In this document: positions 40,569 to 50,000 of the stretch, piece after piece | How positions within the stretch are numbered: the first letter of the stretch is position 1 | Layout of the letters: each line of letters begins with the position of its first letter | From: a bacterium | Lineage (GTDB): Bacteria; SM23-31 | Reading direction: 5' to 3' | Assembly: GCA_965249485.1 (NCBI GenBank) | Contig: OZ252239.1 | Coordinates: 2,912,001 to 2,976,000 of the forward strand | Length of the DNA: 64,000 bases | Notes under the pieces: model-generated | Seen by the model: the letters and a program-made list of their open reading frames with translations, nothing else | Told to the model about the DNA's origin: nothing | Database searches by the model: none | Translations under genes and position numbers: made by a program

Positions 40569-40584
40569 AATTCATTTAAGCGAG

Positions 40585-42989
40585 CTATTTTTCTTCTGTT
40601 TCAGAGGTTTCTTCGGAAGATGCAGCTTCTTCTTCAGTGTCTGCCTTCTCTTCCGATTCTCCGGTTGCATCTGCCACTGTTTCTTCTGCTACTATTAATT
40701 CTTCTTTTTCTTTTTTATTTCTTCTTCTACAGATTCCTCAACCACAGTTTCTGTTTCGGTTTCGACAGCATCACTCGTTTCTGCAGATGCTGTCTCGGCT
40801 TCATCCTGTGAAGCTTCCTTTTCATCTACAACAGTTTCAGCAGGCTGCTCATCCGTAACAACGGCTTGTTTTTCAGTATCTGCCTTCTCTTCTGATTCTC
40901 CCGTTGCATCTGCTACTGATTCTTCAGCTTCTACTAATGTCTCTTCTTTCTCTTTGGATTTTTTCTCTTTTATTTCTTCTTCTACAGATTCCTCAACTAC
41001 AGTTTCCGTTTCGGTTTCAACAGCATCACTCGTTTCTGCAGATGCTGTCTCGGCTTCATCCTGCGAAGCTTCCTTTTCATCTGCAGCTGTTTCAGCAGGC
41101 TGCTCATCCGCAACAACAGTTTCTGCCTCATCTGTTTTTTCTTCTGAACTCACTTCCTGTTCTACTTCTGTTGGGGTCTCTTTACTAGAATCGCTCTGTT
41201 TATCGAGGTATTCTTGCACATCCTTCTCTTCTACATCTTTTATATATTCCGAATGCGACAGAACGATTTTTTTATTATCTTTATCAAACTCTATTATCTT
41301 CAACGCAACTTCATCGCCCACATTCAGCTGTTTTTTAGCTTTCTTCGTACCGTCTTCTTCCGACTGCACATGGGAAGAAGGAACAAAACCTTCAAAACCG
41401 CCAACTAACTCAACAATTGTACCTTTCTCCACATGACGCACAACTTTTCCTTTGGTGACTACACCTTTTTGCAGTTCACCTTCGAAGGATTCCCAAGGAT
41501 TATCTTCGATTTGTTTATGTCCAAGTGAAATTCGTCTGTCTTCAATTGACACGTTCAGAATAACAACTGCTATGGCATCACCCTTCTTCACAATTTCACT
41601 GGGATGGCGCACCTTTTTCGTCCATGAGAGATCGGAGATATGAACAAGCCCGTCAATACCTTCTTCAAGTTCAACAAACACACCAAAGTTCGTAACATTT
41701 CGGACATTACCGTCATGTTTCGTGCCGACCGGATATTTTTCAACAACTGAAGTCCATGGGTCAGGATCGATTTGTTTCAATCCGAGTGAGATCTTCTTGT
41801 CATCCTTGTCGAAATTCAAGACGACAGCTTCAACGTCTTCACCAATGGAGAGAATCTTAGACGGATGCTTGATATGCTGTGTCCATGACATCTCTGAAAT
41901 ATGGATAAGTCCTTCGATTCCTTTTTCAAGTTCTACAAAAGCACCGTAATCAGTGATTGAAACAACTTTACCCGTAATTTTAGCGCCAACAGGAAATTTC
42001 TCTGCGACATTTTCCCATGGATGCGGTTGAAGCTGTTTAAGACCAAGCGATACACGTTTCTTCTCTGAATCAAAATCTAGAATGACAACTTTTAACTGTT
42101 CGTCAAGGCTTACAATCTCAGATGGATGAGCTACGCGACCCCATGATAGATCGGTAATGTGAAGCAGTCCGTCAACACCGCCAAGATCGATAAAGACACC
42201 GAAATCGGTGATATTCTTGACAACACCCCAGCGCACTTGACCTTTTTCAAGTTCTTCGAGTATTTTCTCGCGTTGTTCGGAGAGACCTTCTTCAATAATC
42301 ACACGGCGTGAAATGACGATGTTTTTCCGGAGGTGGTTGACTTTCACAATCCTGAATTCCATTGTTTGACCGAGAAGCGAATCAAAATCACGCACCGGCT
42401 TAACATCAATTTGAGAACCGGGTAGAAATGCATCGAGTCCCTGAAGGTCAACAACCATGCCACCCTTGATACGGCGCACACATTTTCCCTCTACTATTTC
42501 ATTGTCTTCGTGTCTCTGTACAACAACATCCCAAATGCGGGCAAAATCGGCTTTCTCTTTCGATAAACGGAGTTGTCCGTCATTGTCTTCCATTTTATCG
42601 AGGAGAATATCAATCTCGTCACCAACAGATAAATCTTCAACGGACTTAAATTCGTTAAGCGGAATAACGCCTTCTGATTTAAATCCAATATCTACTGCGA
42701 CTTCCTTATCATTGATTGAAAGAACTTTGCCCTTTACAATTTCACCTTCAGAAAAATCGAGTATTGTCTTATCATAAAGATTTGTTAAAACATCGAGTTC
42801 TCTTTGATCATATTCAGATTCTTCTTCTAAGTCCTCAAGCTTTATTACTTTTCCGGACAGAAGTTCCACTTTATCTTCGGACTCATTTTGTTCCGGACTC
42901 TCTACAACCGCAGCTTCAGTGGTTTCATCAGTTTGAACCGAGTCTTTATCTTCGGTCTTCTGATCAAGATTAGTTTCACTTTCACTCAT
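40585..42989 (-). CDS. rpsA: 30S ribosomal protein S1 with acidic N- and C-terminal extensions (frameshift near 40710)
   Basis: Six S1 domains (VDIGFKSEG, FLPGSQID, FGVFIDLGGVDGLLHITDLSW, EGLIHISEMSW); GGAGG RBS before ATG 42989; the acidic tail continues in a shifted frame to TAG at 40585. Confidence 0.95.
40633..41117. repeat. Imperfect tandem duplication (~230-245 bp x2) in the rpsA 3' region
   Basis: Copies at ~40633-40862 and ~40872-41117 both encode DEQPAET…EKEASQDEAETASAETSDAVETETETVVEESVEEEIK…VADATGESEEKADTE. Confidence 0.9.
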
Positions 42990-43116
42990 TAAAAATACCT
43001 CCAAAAACCAAAAAAATGATTCTGGGTTAAAGGTTTAACATACAGGGGTTAATTACATTATTCATGTTATTATTTCATCGTTAAAATTAATATGTTATAT
43101 TAACTGCCCAAATTAT

Positions 43117-43860
43117 CTAATTGGATTGATATGACAATCCGACACTCCGATGCAATTTTATAATCTCTTTTTGACTTAAATAGCGCCAACCGCCTTTAGG
43201 CAGTTTATATTTAGTGAGTCCTGCAAATTCGAATCGGTCAAGTGATTCAACCTTATAGCCAAGCTGGTCAAACATTCGTTTTATCATATTTTTTCGTCCT
43301 TCATGGACAACCATGGTAACATGCATACCATTAGATGATACCGAATCTATACGGGCGGACACTTTTTCTTTTCTACTGATCTCAATACCTTTATTTAACC
43401 GGTCTTTGTCGCTCTGTGTTAATGATTTATGTATAGCTACACGGTACACTTTATCAATTTCATATTTTGGATGGGTCAGTCTAAAACTTAATGTGCCATC
43501 ATCAGTCAATAGTAAAAGCCCAGTCGTTGTGAGATCTAATCTGCCTACAGAAAATAATCTCCTGTCTGAATTGACAAGGTCAAAAATAGTTTTTCTATTT
43601 TTATCATCATTAACGGTGCAGACAACACCTTTCGGCTTATTGAGCAGAATATAGGAATTCTTCTTTATTAAATGAACAGCGACATTGTTGAATTTGACTT
43701 CATCTTCGCAGGGCACGATTCGTAAACCGGGCTCAAGGACTACCCGGCCGTTAACCGTAACACTGCCATCCTTAATCAGCTTGTCGCTCTTCCTCCGGGC
43801 TGCTATTCCCGCTTGAGAAAGATAGCTGTTCAATCGACAGTCCTGCCTTTTCGGCATCAT
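43117..43860 (-). CDS. rluB: rRNA pseudouridine synthase, RsuA/RluB family
   Basis: S4 domain RLNSYLSQAGIAARR, LLNKPKG, VGRLD (catalytic Asp), GLLLLTDDG, HEGRK; scpAB-rluB synteny. Confidence 0.88.
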   Translation of the reverse strand: MMPKRQDCRLNSYLSQAGIAARRKSDKLIKDGSVTVNGRVVLEPGLRIVPCEDEVKFNNVAVHLIKKNSYILLNKPKGVVCTVNDDKNRKTIFDLVNSDRRLFSVGRLDLTTTGLLLLTDDGTLSFRLTHPKYEIDKVYRVAIHKSLTQSDKDRLNKGIEISRKEKVSARIDSVSSNGMHVTMVVHEGRKNMIKRMFDQLGYKVESLDRFEFAGLTKYKLPKGGWRYLSQKEIIKLHRSVGLSYQSN

Positions 43861-44389
43861 GATACATTATTTCCTCTATTTCTTCCAGTTTCGGAAGATC
43901 TTCCAGCGAATTAATTCCAAAATAATGTAAAAACTCATCCGTAGTTGCATAAATCAACGGGCGTCCCGGTGCTTTTTCGCGTCCCGCAATTTTAATTAGG
44001 TTTCGTTCAAGTAACGTCCTGAGTGGCGCACCGCAATCGACACCACGTATTTTTTCAATCTCAGCCCGAATGATCGGCTGACGATATGCTACTATTGCAG
44101 CCAATTCCAATCCGGCACGGGATAGTCTGGATCGTTTTTTATCCGACATCAGTTTTTGCACCCATACTGCGTACTGAGGAGCGGTTACAAATTCATACCC
44201 CCCCGCTACATTCTTTAATACTATTCCCCTATCACTATCCTTAAATTCTTTTTCAAGCTCGCTGATAATCTCCTGCGCCTCTTGCTCAGTCAGGTCATCA
44301 ACAATCTGACAAATCGTTTTTACACTTATCTGCTTATCGGATGCAAATATTAATGCCTCAACTATTTGTTTCGTTCCGTTACCAGCCAT
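43772..44389 (-). CDS. scpB: SMC-Scp complex subunit ScpB
   Basis: VEALIFAS, VAGGY, LSRAGLELAAIVAYRQPI, IRGV, PGRPLIYATTDEFLHYFG. Confidence 0.95.
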   Translation of the reverse strand: MAGNGTKQIVEALIFASDKQISVKTICQIVDDLTEQEAQEIISELEKEFKDSDRGIVLKNVAGGYEFVTAPQYAVWVQKLMSDKKRSRLSRAGLELAAIVAYRQPIIRAEIEKIRGVDCGAPLRTLLERNLIKIAGREKAPGRPLIYATTDEFLHYFGINSLEDLPKLEEIEEIMYHDAEKAGLSIEQLSFSSGNSSPEEERQAD

Positions 44390-44404
44390 ATATTGACGAT
44401 CTTT

Positions 44405-45130
44405 TTATACCGTATTTTGAGTTTGTTTATAAATCCATATATCCTGAAAAGGTTGCGACTGGGCAATACGTATAACACGCATTTTCGCCAGCTCGAGAAT
44501 AGCTAGAAAATTTACAACGATGATAATCTTATCATGGTACTCCATCATTATACTTTTGAAAGAGATTTTCTTTTGCTCATCAAGTAATTTAAGAATACCA
44601 TCCATTCGTTCTTCAACGGTAATAGGTTCCGGCTCAACAATATGATATTTTTCTTCTTTTGTCTCATTCAGAATCCTGTCAAATGCGAGCATTAACTCAT
44701 ATATTGACATCTGCATCTCATAAATCTCATCATCCTCTTCACATTCTATATCACTCTGAATCTTACCTCGAGTAAAATGGCAGAGCCTGCTCCCTTCAAA
44801 TTCTTCCAACTCTTCAGCCGTATTTTTAATACGCTGGTACTCTAAAAGATTCTGGACAAGTTCAGTACGGGGATCTTCGATTCCGTCCTCTTCTTCAACA
44901 TATACAGGAAGTAGAAGCTTGGCTTTTATCCTCATCAACGTCGCCGCCATGACAATAAACTCACCGGCAATTTCGAGATCAAGAATCTGCATCAAATCAA
45001 TGTATTCAAGATACTCTTTCGCAATCTTAGCAATAGGAATGTCATAGACGTCAATCTCGCCTTTTTTGATTAAGAACAAAAGGAGGTCATACGGTCCTTC
45101 AAAAACATTTATTTTAATTTGATATGACAT
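44405..45130 (-). CDS. scpA: Segregation and condensation protein A
   Basis: FEGPYDLLLFLI, EFIVMAATLMRIKAKLLLP, DPRTELV, FLAILEL. Confidence 0.95.
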   Translation of the reverse strand: MSYQIKINVFEGPYDLLLFLIKKGEIDVYDIPIAKIAKEYLEYIDLMQILDLEIAGEFIVMAATLMRIKAKLLLPVYVEEEDGIEDPRTELVQNLLEYQRIKNTAEELEEFEGSRLCHFTRGKIQSDIECEEDDEIYEMQMSIYELMLAFDRILNETKEEKYHIVEPEPITVEERMDGILKLLDEQKKISFKSIMMEYHDKIIIVVNFLAILELAKMRVIRIAQSQPFQDIWIYKQTQNTV

Positions 45131-45141
45131 TACCGGAAACG

Positions 45142-46128
45142 TTATCCAATTCTCATGGCACTATACACATCTGCCATGGTAGATTGAGTTATATCTCTTG
45201 CTTTCTTCTCTCCGTCTTTCAGAACATCGACTATTTCGTCCTGCCGTTTTTCATAATACTGTCTGTTCTTTCTGAACGGTTCCAAAATAACAATGAGCTT
45301 ATCTGCGAGCATATTTTTGCAATCGACACACCCAAGTGCACCAGACCGGCACTCAGTAGCAATTTCATCTTTCTTGCTATCATTAAATTTCTCTTGATGC
45401 TGATACACCAGACACACTTCCGGTCTGCCGGGGTCTCCCCGCCTGACTTTTTTCGTATCCGTCACCGCTTTGCGCAATGTGGACAAAATAGTGTCAGGCT
45501 CATCTGTCAGAAAAAGTGCATTGCCTGCTGATTTGCTCATTTTCGAGCCGTCCATACCCTGCAGCCTGCTGAATTTCGTTAGTTTAACTTGGGGCACCGG
45601 AAATACTTTCCCGTACATCTTATTGAACCTCCGGGCGATTTCTCTCGTCATTTCAACATGCGGAGCCTGGTCTTCTCCAACAGGAACAAGATTGGCTTTG
45701 TAAATAAGAATATCTGCTGCCTGCAATACCGGATAACCGAGATGTCCATAGCTGACAGACTCTTCAAGGTTTAACTCCTTGATCTGCTCTTTTACCGTAG
45801 GATTTCTTTCAAGCCTGCTGAGCGTAACCAACATTGAAAAAAGCAGATGCAATTCAGCATGTTCTTTAATCTTTGACTGGATAAACATAGGACTTTTTAC
45901 AGGATCAAGCCCAGCTCCAATCCAGTCAATCACCATATCAATCGTATCCTGAAAAATCGTGTCAGTATTCGCGGCGTTTGTTGTTAAAACATGCCAGTCC
46001 GCTACCAAGTGATAATTCTCAAAAGTATCTTGCAGATTAACCCAGTTTTCCAGAGCCCCAACATAATTTCCGAGATGGAGCCTGCCCGTCGGGCGCATGC
46101 CGCTGAGAATTCTTCCTTTTATCGACAC
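45142..46128 (-). CDS. trpS: Tryptophan--tRNA ligase
   Basis: SGMRPTGRLHLGNY, YPVLQAADIL, VPVGEDQ, KMSKS. Confidence 0.98.
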   Translation of the reverse strand: MSIKGRILSGMRPTGRLHLGNYVGALENWVNLQDTFENYHLVADWHVLTTNAANTDTIFQDTIDMVIDWIGAGLDPVKSPMFIQSKIKEHAELHLLFSMLVTLSRLERNPTVKEQIKELNLEESVSYGHLGYPVLQAADILIYKANLVPVGEDQAPHVEMTREIARRFNKMYGKVFPVPQVKLTKFSRLQGMDGSKMSKSAGNALFLTDEPDTILSTLRKAVTDTKKVRRGDPGRPEVCLVYQHQEKFNDSKKDEIATECRSGALGCVDCKNMLADKLIVILEPFRKNRQYYEKRQDEIVDVLKDGEKKARDITQSTMADVYSAMRIG

Positions 46129-46141
46129 AGTATTATTCAGC

Positions 46142-46648
46142 TCAATTCATAAACAAGTACGGTTTCCAGGTATCATGAAGTGAATCGACATAAAATCTGA
46201 GGAACGACACATGGTTTGGTTTGCGGGGAATCTTGAGCATTGACAATCCTGCTTCTTCCGGTGTTCTGTTACCTTTATCATTATTACATTTGACACAGGC
46301 ACAGACGAGATTTTCCCACGTGATATGTCCGCCACGATCTCTCGGCATAACATGATCAATTGTCAACTCCACGTTTTTCTTTCCGCAGTATTGACACTGG
46401 AAGTCGTCTCTAATTAAAATATTCTTTCGTGAAAGCACAACCTTTTTACCTGGCACTTTTTTGTATAGAAACAAACGGACAATAGAAGGAACCTGAATTT
46501 TTGTATGAATTGAATGCAAAAACTTATGGTCCATCGGTTCGATAACTTCCGCTTTACCGAGATACAGCATCAATACTGCCCGCCGCACATTCGAAACACA
46601 AAGCGGTTCGTAACTCTGATTGAGAACCAGTACTTTCCTGTTGAGCAT
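46142..46648 (-). CDS. HNH endonuclease family protein
   Basis: VLVLNQSYEPL, RD-x-x-x-CQYCG, LTIDHVMP, WENLVCACVKCN-x-x-KGNRTPEEA. Confidence 0.9.
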   Translation of the reverse strand: MLNRKVLVLNQSYEPLCVSNVRRAVLMLYLGKAEVIEPMDHKFLHSIHTKIQVPSIVRLFLYKKVPGKKVVLSRKNILIRDDFQCQYCGKKNVELTIDHVMPRDRGGHITWENLVCACVKCNNDKGNRTPEEAGLSMLKIPRKPNHVSFLRFYVDSLHDTWKPYLFMN

Positions 46649-46805
46649 TAGAAATACCTTGGAAACACCTTATATTACAGTGGCTTTTCCGAATATATTT
46701 TATTTCTCAGACTAGGAGTCGGAATTCACATCAGTTCAGTTATGTATCTTCATCATCATCTACAATAAATGCATACCCGATATTTAAGTACTACAAAAAC
46801 TATCT

Positions 46806-46834
46806 AATGTATGATAATTATGAGAAATAGTCAA
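46806..46834 (-). promoter_or_regulatory. Putative sigma70 promoter of the HNH-trpS-scpAB operon
   Basis: Minus strand TTGACT-N17-TACATT. Confidence 0.5.
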
Positions 46835-47104
46835 GCATTATTCCCGCACTCTCATAGCCACAAAACCATACAAAACAGGAATTTACCTTATCCTGCAGTC
46901 ACTAACTTCACTCCATTCCCACTGGCAGTCTTTTACTTGGTCACTATTGTACAGTTCGTGTTAAAATCGGACATTTTTTCCTCTAAAAAATAAATAATCG
47001 ATTGATAAATTCCGATGAAAATATATGGGTGTATAAATCGTAGCATACTTATACGAGCTTAATTCAGCAGATATACTATACTAATTTTGTTTATATAAAT
47101 TTGC

Positions 47105-47119
47105 TGGTATTGATTTTGC
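47105..47119 (+). promoter_or_regulatory. Putative sigma54 promoter of the small ORF at 47157
   Basis: TGGTAT-TGATT-TTGC; candidate enhancer GGACATTTTTTCCT at 46969-46982. Confidence 0.6.
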
Positions 47120-47156
47120 CACTAATTATAGTGGAAATAAAACGGGAGGCATTATA

Positions 47157-47369
47157 ATGGCATTATTTATAGATGAGTCTTTTTCGGACAGTCAGCTTCA
47201 GGCAATCATCAGCTTCCAAGGGAAGCTAACAAAACTGCTGGACCGAAATATAACGTTAGCGGAAGCAATAATAAATTGGATTGCTCTCGGGCATGCCGAA
47301 GATTATAGAAATGGCTTTATTACTGAACACAATAATGCTGCCGAAAAAGCAGAACAAGTTTTATGCTAA
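47157..47369 (+). CDS. Small hypothetical protein (70 aa)
   Basis: Strong GGGAGG RBS and a sigma54-like promoter just upstream; helical, with ITLAEAIINWI…AEDYR. Confidence 0.7.
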   Translation: MALFIDESFSDSQLQAIISFQGKLTKLLDRNITLAEAIINWIALGHAEDYRNGFITEHNNAAEKAEQVLC

Positions 47370-47923
47370 AACATCCACGCTGCTACCAATCTGGTTTTCC
47401 TGAGTTAAAGCATTTTGAGACAGCCTGAGCTGCGGCGTATTGTTTGCTTCATTTGCATTTGCATTATCAATTCTGTCAACTTGTTCCTGAGATGTACGCT
47501 GTACAGCATTGTCTGCAGTATTTTCTGCAACCGCAGGTGCTGCCGCTCCAGGAGCACTTTCCGTCCTATTTAATACTCAATAGTGTATTTTCATCGGTTC
47601 CGGGTGTCGAACCTGCTGCTACACTTCCTGCCATTATTCTGCCCAACAGGAGGCGTCTGCACAGATTGTACCTGCTGAGTCCTGTTTGTTAATTCAACAC
47701 TATCTTGAAGATTTTGTGAATTATTTATTTGCTGAGTGCCACCCTGCGGCGTTGTATTCTGTACCTGTGGTTGAGGAGTTGCTGCAGTAGGAGCCTGGTT
47801 TTCCGTATTGACCTGTTGAGGTTGTGCCGGACCGGACTGCTGCTCGTTTTGGTTTGGAAGTCTGCTGGCTTGATTAAACTGTCCACCAACATCAAACCTA
47901 TTCTGTATATCACCAATAGCCAT
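47361..47923 (-). CDS. Low-complexity Q/N/T-rich hypothetical protein, frameshifted near 47570-47630
   Basis: ORF 47591-47923 continues in shifted frames (AGSVAAGSTPGTDEN…; GAAAPAVAENTADNAVQRTSQEQ…QENQIGSSVDVLA*) to TAA at 47361; upstream TTGACA-N17-TACCTT at 47972-48000. Confidence 0.6.
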
Positions 47924-48138
47924 AAAACCCCCAATTAAAAAAATGCACGTCTATATTTTGTAACGCACTTGAAGGTATAGTTTGTTCCATTAAATGTCAA
48001 GAATTTAATCAATACTGGCCTAAATAGCCTGCGTGGTGGGAAAATATGAACCTGGATTATTCGATAATCTTAAGTGTATATCTATCAGCTCTCAATACAT
48101 TTAACAATATTTTCAAATTGTCATATTTTATTTGGAAA

Positions 48139-49757
48139 TTAGAAGTCTGTCCCGGGATTTACAATAAGCGCATGCGGTGCATTAAAATTGGTAAATTCGG
48201 CAATCTTTGAAAAAGTTTGACCATTGTCAAGCAGCTTGATTATTCTAAACTCTTCCGCAAACCAGACAATATTTTCATTGACGTTAACATCAATTGCAAT
48301 TGGCTGCGTGAATCCGGTTACCGTTAGATGAAATCCTGCATCTGTATCGATATTGTAAGCAGCAAGAGGAAAATTATTTGGAAGGTCAAATATATCGTCA
48401 AATATTTTAATTACCTCATTATCAATTGTATTGGAAATCCAGCACGAACCGTCCGATTTATTGACTGCCAAGCCTCTTGGATTTTGAAATCCTTCTATGA
48501 TAAATGAAGTAAGATCAACTCTAATTCTGAGTACTCTGTCATTCCCGGTATCGGCTACCCATACATCTCCCGTTTCCTGATTAATATCCAATGCAACTGG
48601 TTGTGACATATTCCCAACCTGATTATCGAACCGGACTGACACAACATTGATCGAATCGAGATTATACCCATCGGGAACACTCGGATCAGGTTGTTGCCGG
48701 TATCTGCAATCCAGACTTCTCCCGTCAACAGAAATATATCTATTGATTGAGGATCCGAAAATCCGGTAAACTTTCGTAATAAATTGCCGTCATGCAACAT
48801 TTCAATAACCTGACTTGAATCACTCATCGAAGTGACCCAAACATTTCCATTAGAACTAATTGCAATATCTGTTGGCCTCTCAAATCCCTGGTCAACCCCA
48901 TTTATTACAAATAATTCCTCACCGTCCGCGGAATATTTTACAACTCTGTCATTGCCCCAATCGGCAATCCAGAGTGTCCTGTCTGAATTATCGACAGCCA
49001 TACCACGGGGCTGCTTTAGCCCGAATATACGAAATAATTGTGTTCCATTTGATGCTAATTTTACGATTTGATCGTTAAACTTATCAGAAATCCATACACT
49101 ACCAAGCTCCTGGAAGACATTGATTTCAATATCCCTTGATGCAGAACCATTGTCTTCATCAGTTACTGTTACTGTAATCGTCACGGATGATACTGAAGTT
49201 GTTGCCCTCCATGTTGCCTGCGTCTCCGTTGTACTGCCGATAAATTCCCCGTCATCCGAAGACCATTGGTACGTTAGCAAACCTCCATCCGGTTCCGTCG
49301 CTGTTGTATTAAGGATAATTATGTTACCGACTAATATATTATTCTCAGATGCAGTCAATGACGATATAACAGGCAATTGATTCTGAATATTGATTATTAC
49401 ACTGTCGACATCGATTCCGTTAAAAGGATCGTTGACCCTCAGAACAATATCTGCCGTGCCGGACACACTCGGTGCCCGCCAAATTGCCGAATCAAGAGAT
49501 GTAAATGTAAAACTACCCTGATTTGCTATCCACAAAAATGCAAGACTGTCATTTTCTATATCACTTACATCGGCTTTTACAGAAATAGTTTCCTGGAAAT
49601 CAACTATACTTTTTGAAGGTATAAGACTCAGGATTTGCGGAGCAGTATTACCTGGCCCAGTGCTGCTCTTGCATTGTATGAGTATTACTAAACTTGATAA
49701 AAATAATACAGTGTAGAGCCGCACAGAACATTTTGCTTTACTTTTTATGATTGCCAT
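48139..49757 (-). CDS. Putative lipoprotein with two PKD/Ig-like domains and an NHL beta-propeller, frameshift near 48680
   Basis: …SLVILIQ-C lipobox-like; NTAPQI/NQLPVI Ig repeats with W-x-A-x-x-G-x-F; NHL blades VWIADTGN, LWIADWGNDRV, VWVADTGNDRV continue in ORF 48139-48642. Confidence 0.7.
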
Positions 49758-49759
49758 AA

Positions 49760-49987
49760 TTATGTATTCCACTCACCGCGTAATTTATAAATATAAAGAA
49801 TCAATTCGGAAAGTAAGGTTAATACCTCTTCCGGTAATTTTTTATCGGATTTCAAATTACTCAATAATTTAGAAAGATCCTGATCACTTTCGATATCTAT
49901 TCCATGTTCTCGAGCAAACGTAATTATTTCCTCAGGAAGTTTTGGATCGGATTTTTCAGATTGATTCGCCTTATTTGCCTGTACCAT
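49760..49987 (-). CDS. Stand-alone FlhB C-terminal-like (FlhX/EscU-type) small protein
   Basis: EEIITFAREHGIDIESDQDLSKLL…LPEEVLTLLSELILYIYKL aligns by eye with this window's FlhB tail EKIRAIAIEHDIPIVEDKPLAWAL…IPENLFHAVAEVLAYVYKL. Confidence 0.7.
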   Translation of the reverse strand: MVQANKANQSEKSDPKLPEEIITFAREHGIDIESDQDLSKLLSNLKSDKKLPEEVLTLLSELILYIYKLRGEWNT

Positions 49988-50000
49988 TTAGTTTCAGCGC

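Noticed and set aside
40633..41117. Repeat as a CRISPR array or mobile element
   Set aside because: Two long in-frame coding copies with no spacers, cas genes, terminal inverted repeats or transposase.
46142..46648. HNH gene as a homing endonuclease, restriction system or Cas9/IscB relative
   Set aside because: Only 168 aa, with no RuvC motifs, intron, methyltransferase or repeat array nearby.
46811..46993. 60-aa plus-strand ORF
   Set aside because: No RBS, overlaps predicted promoter and enhancer elements, no recognisable features.
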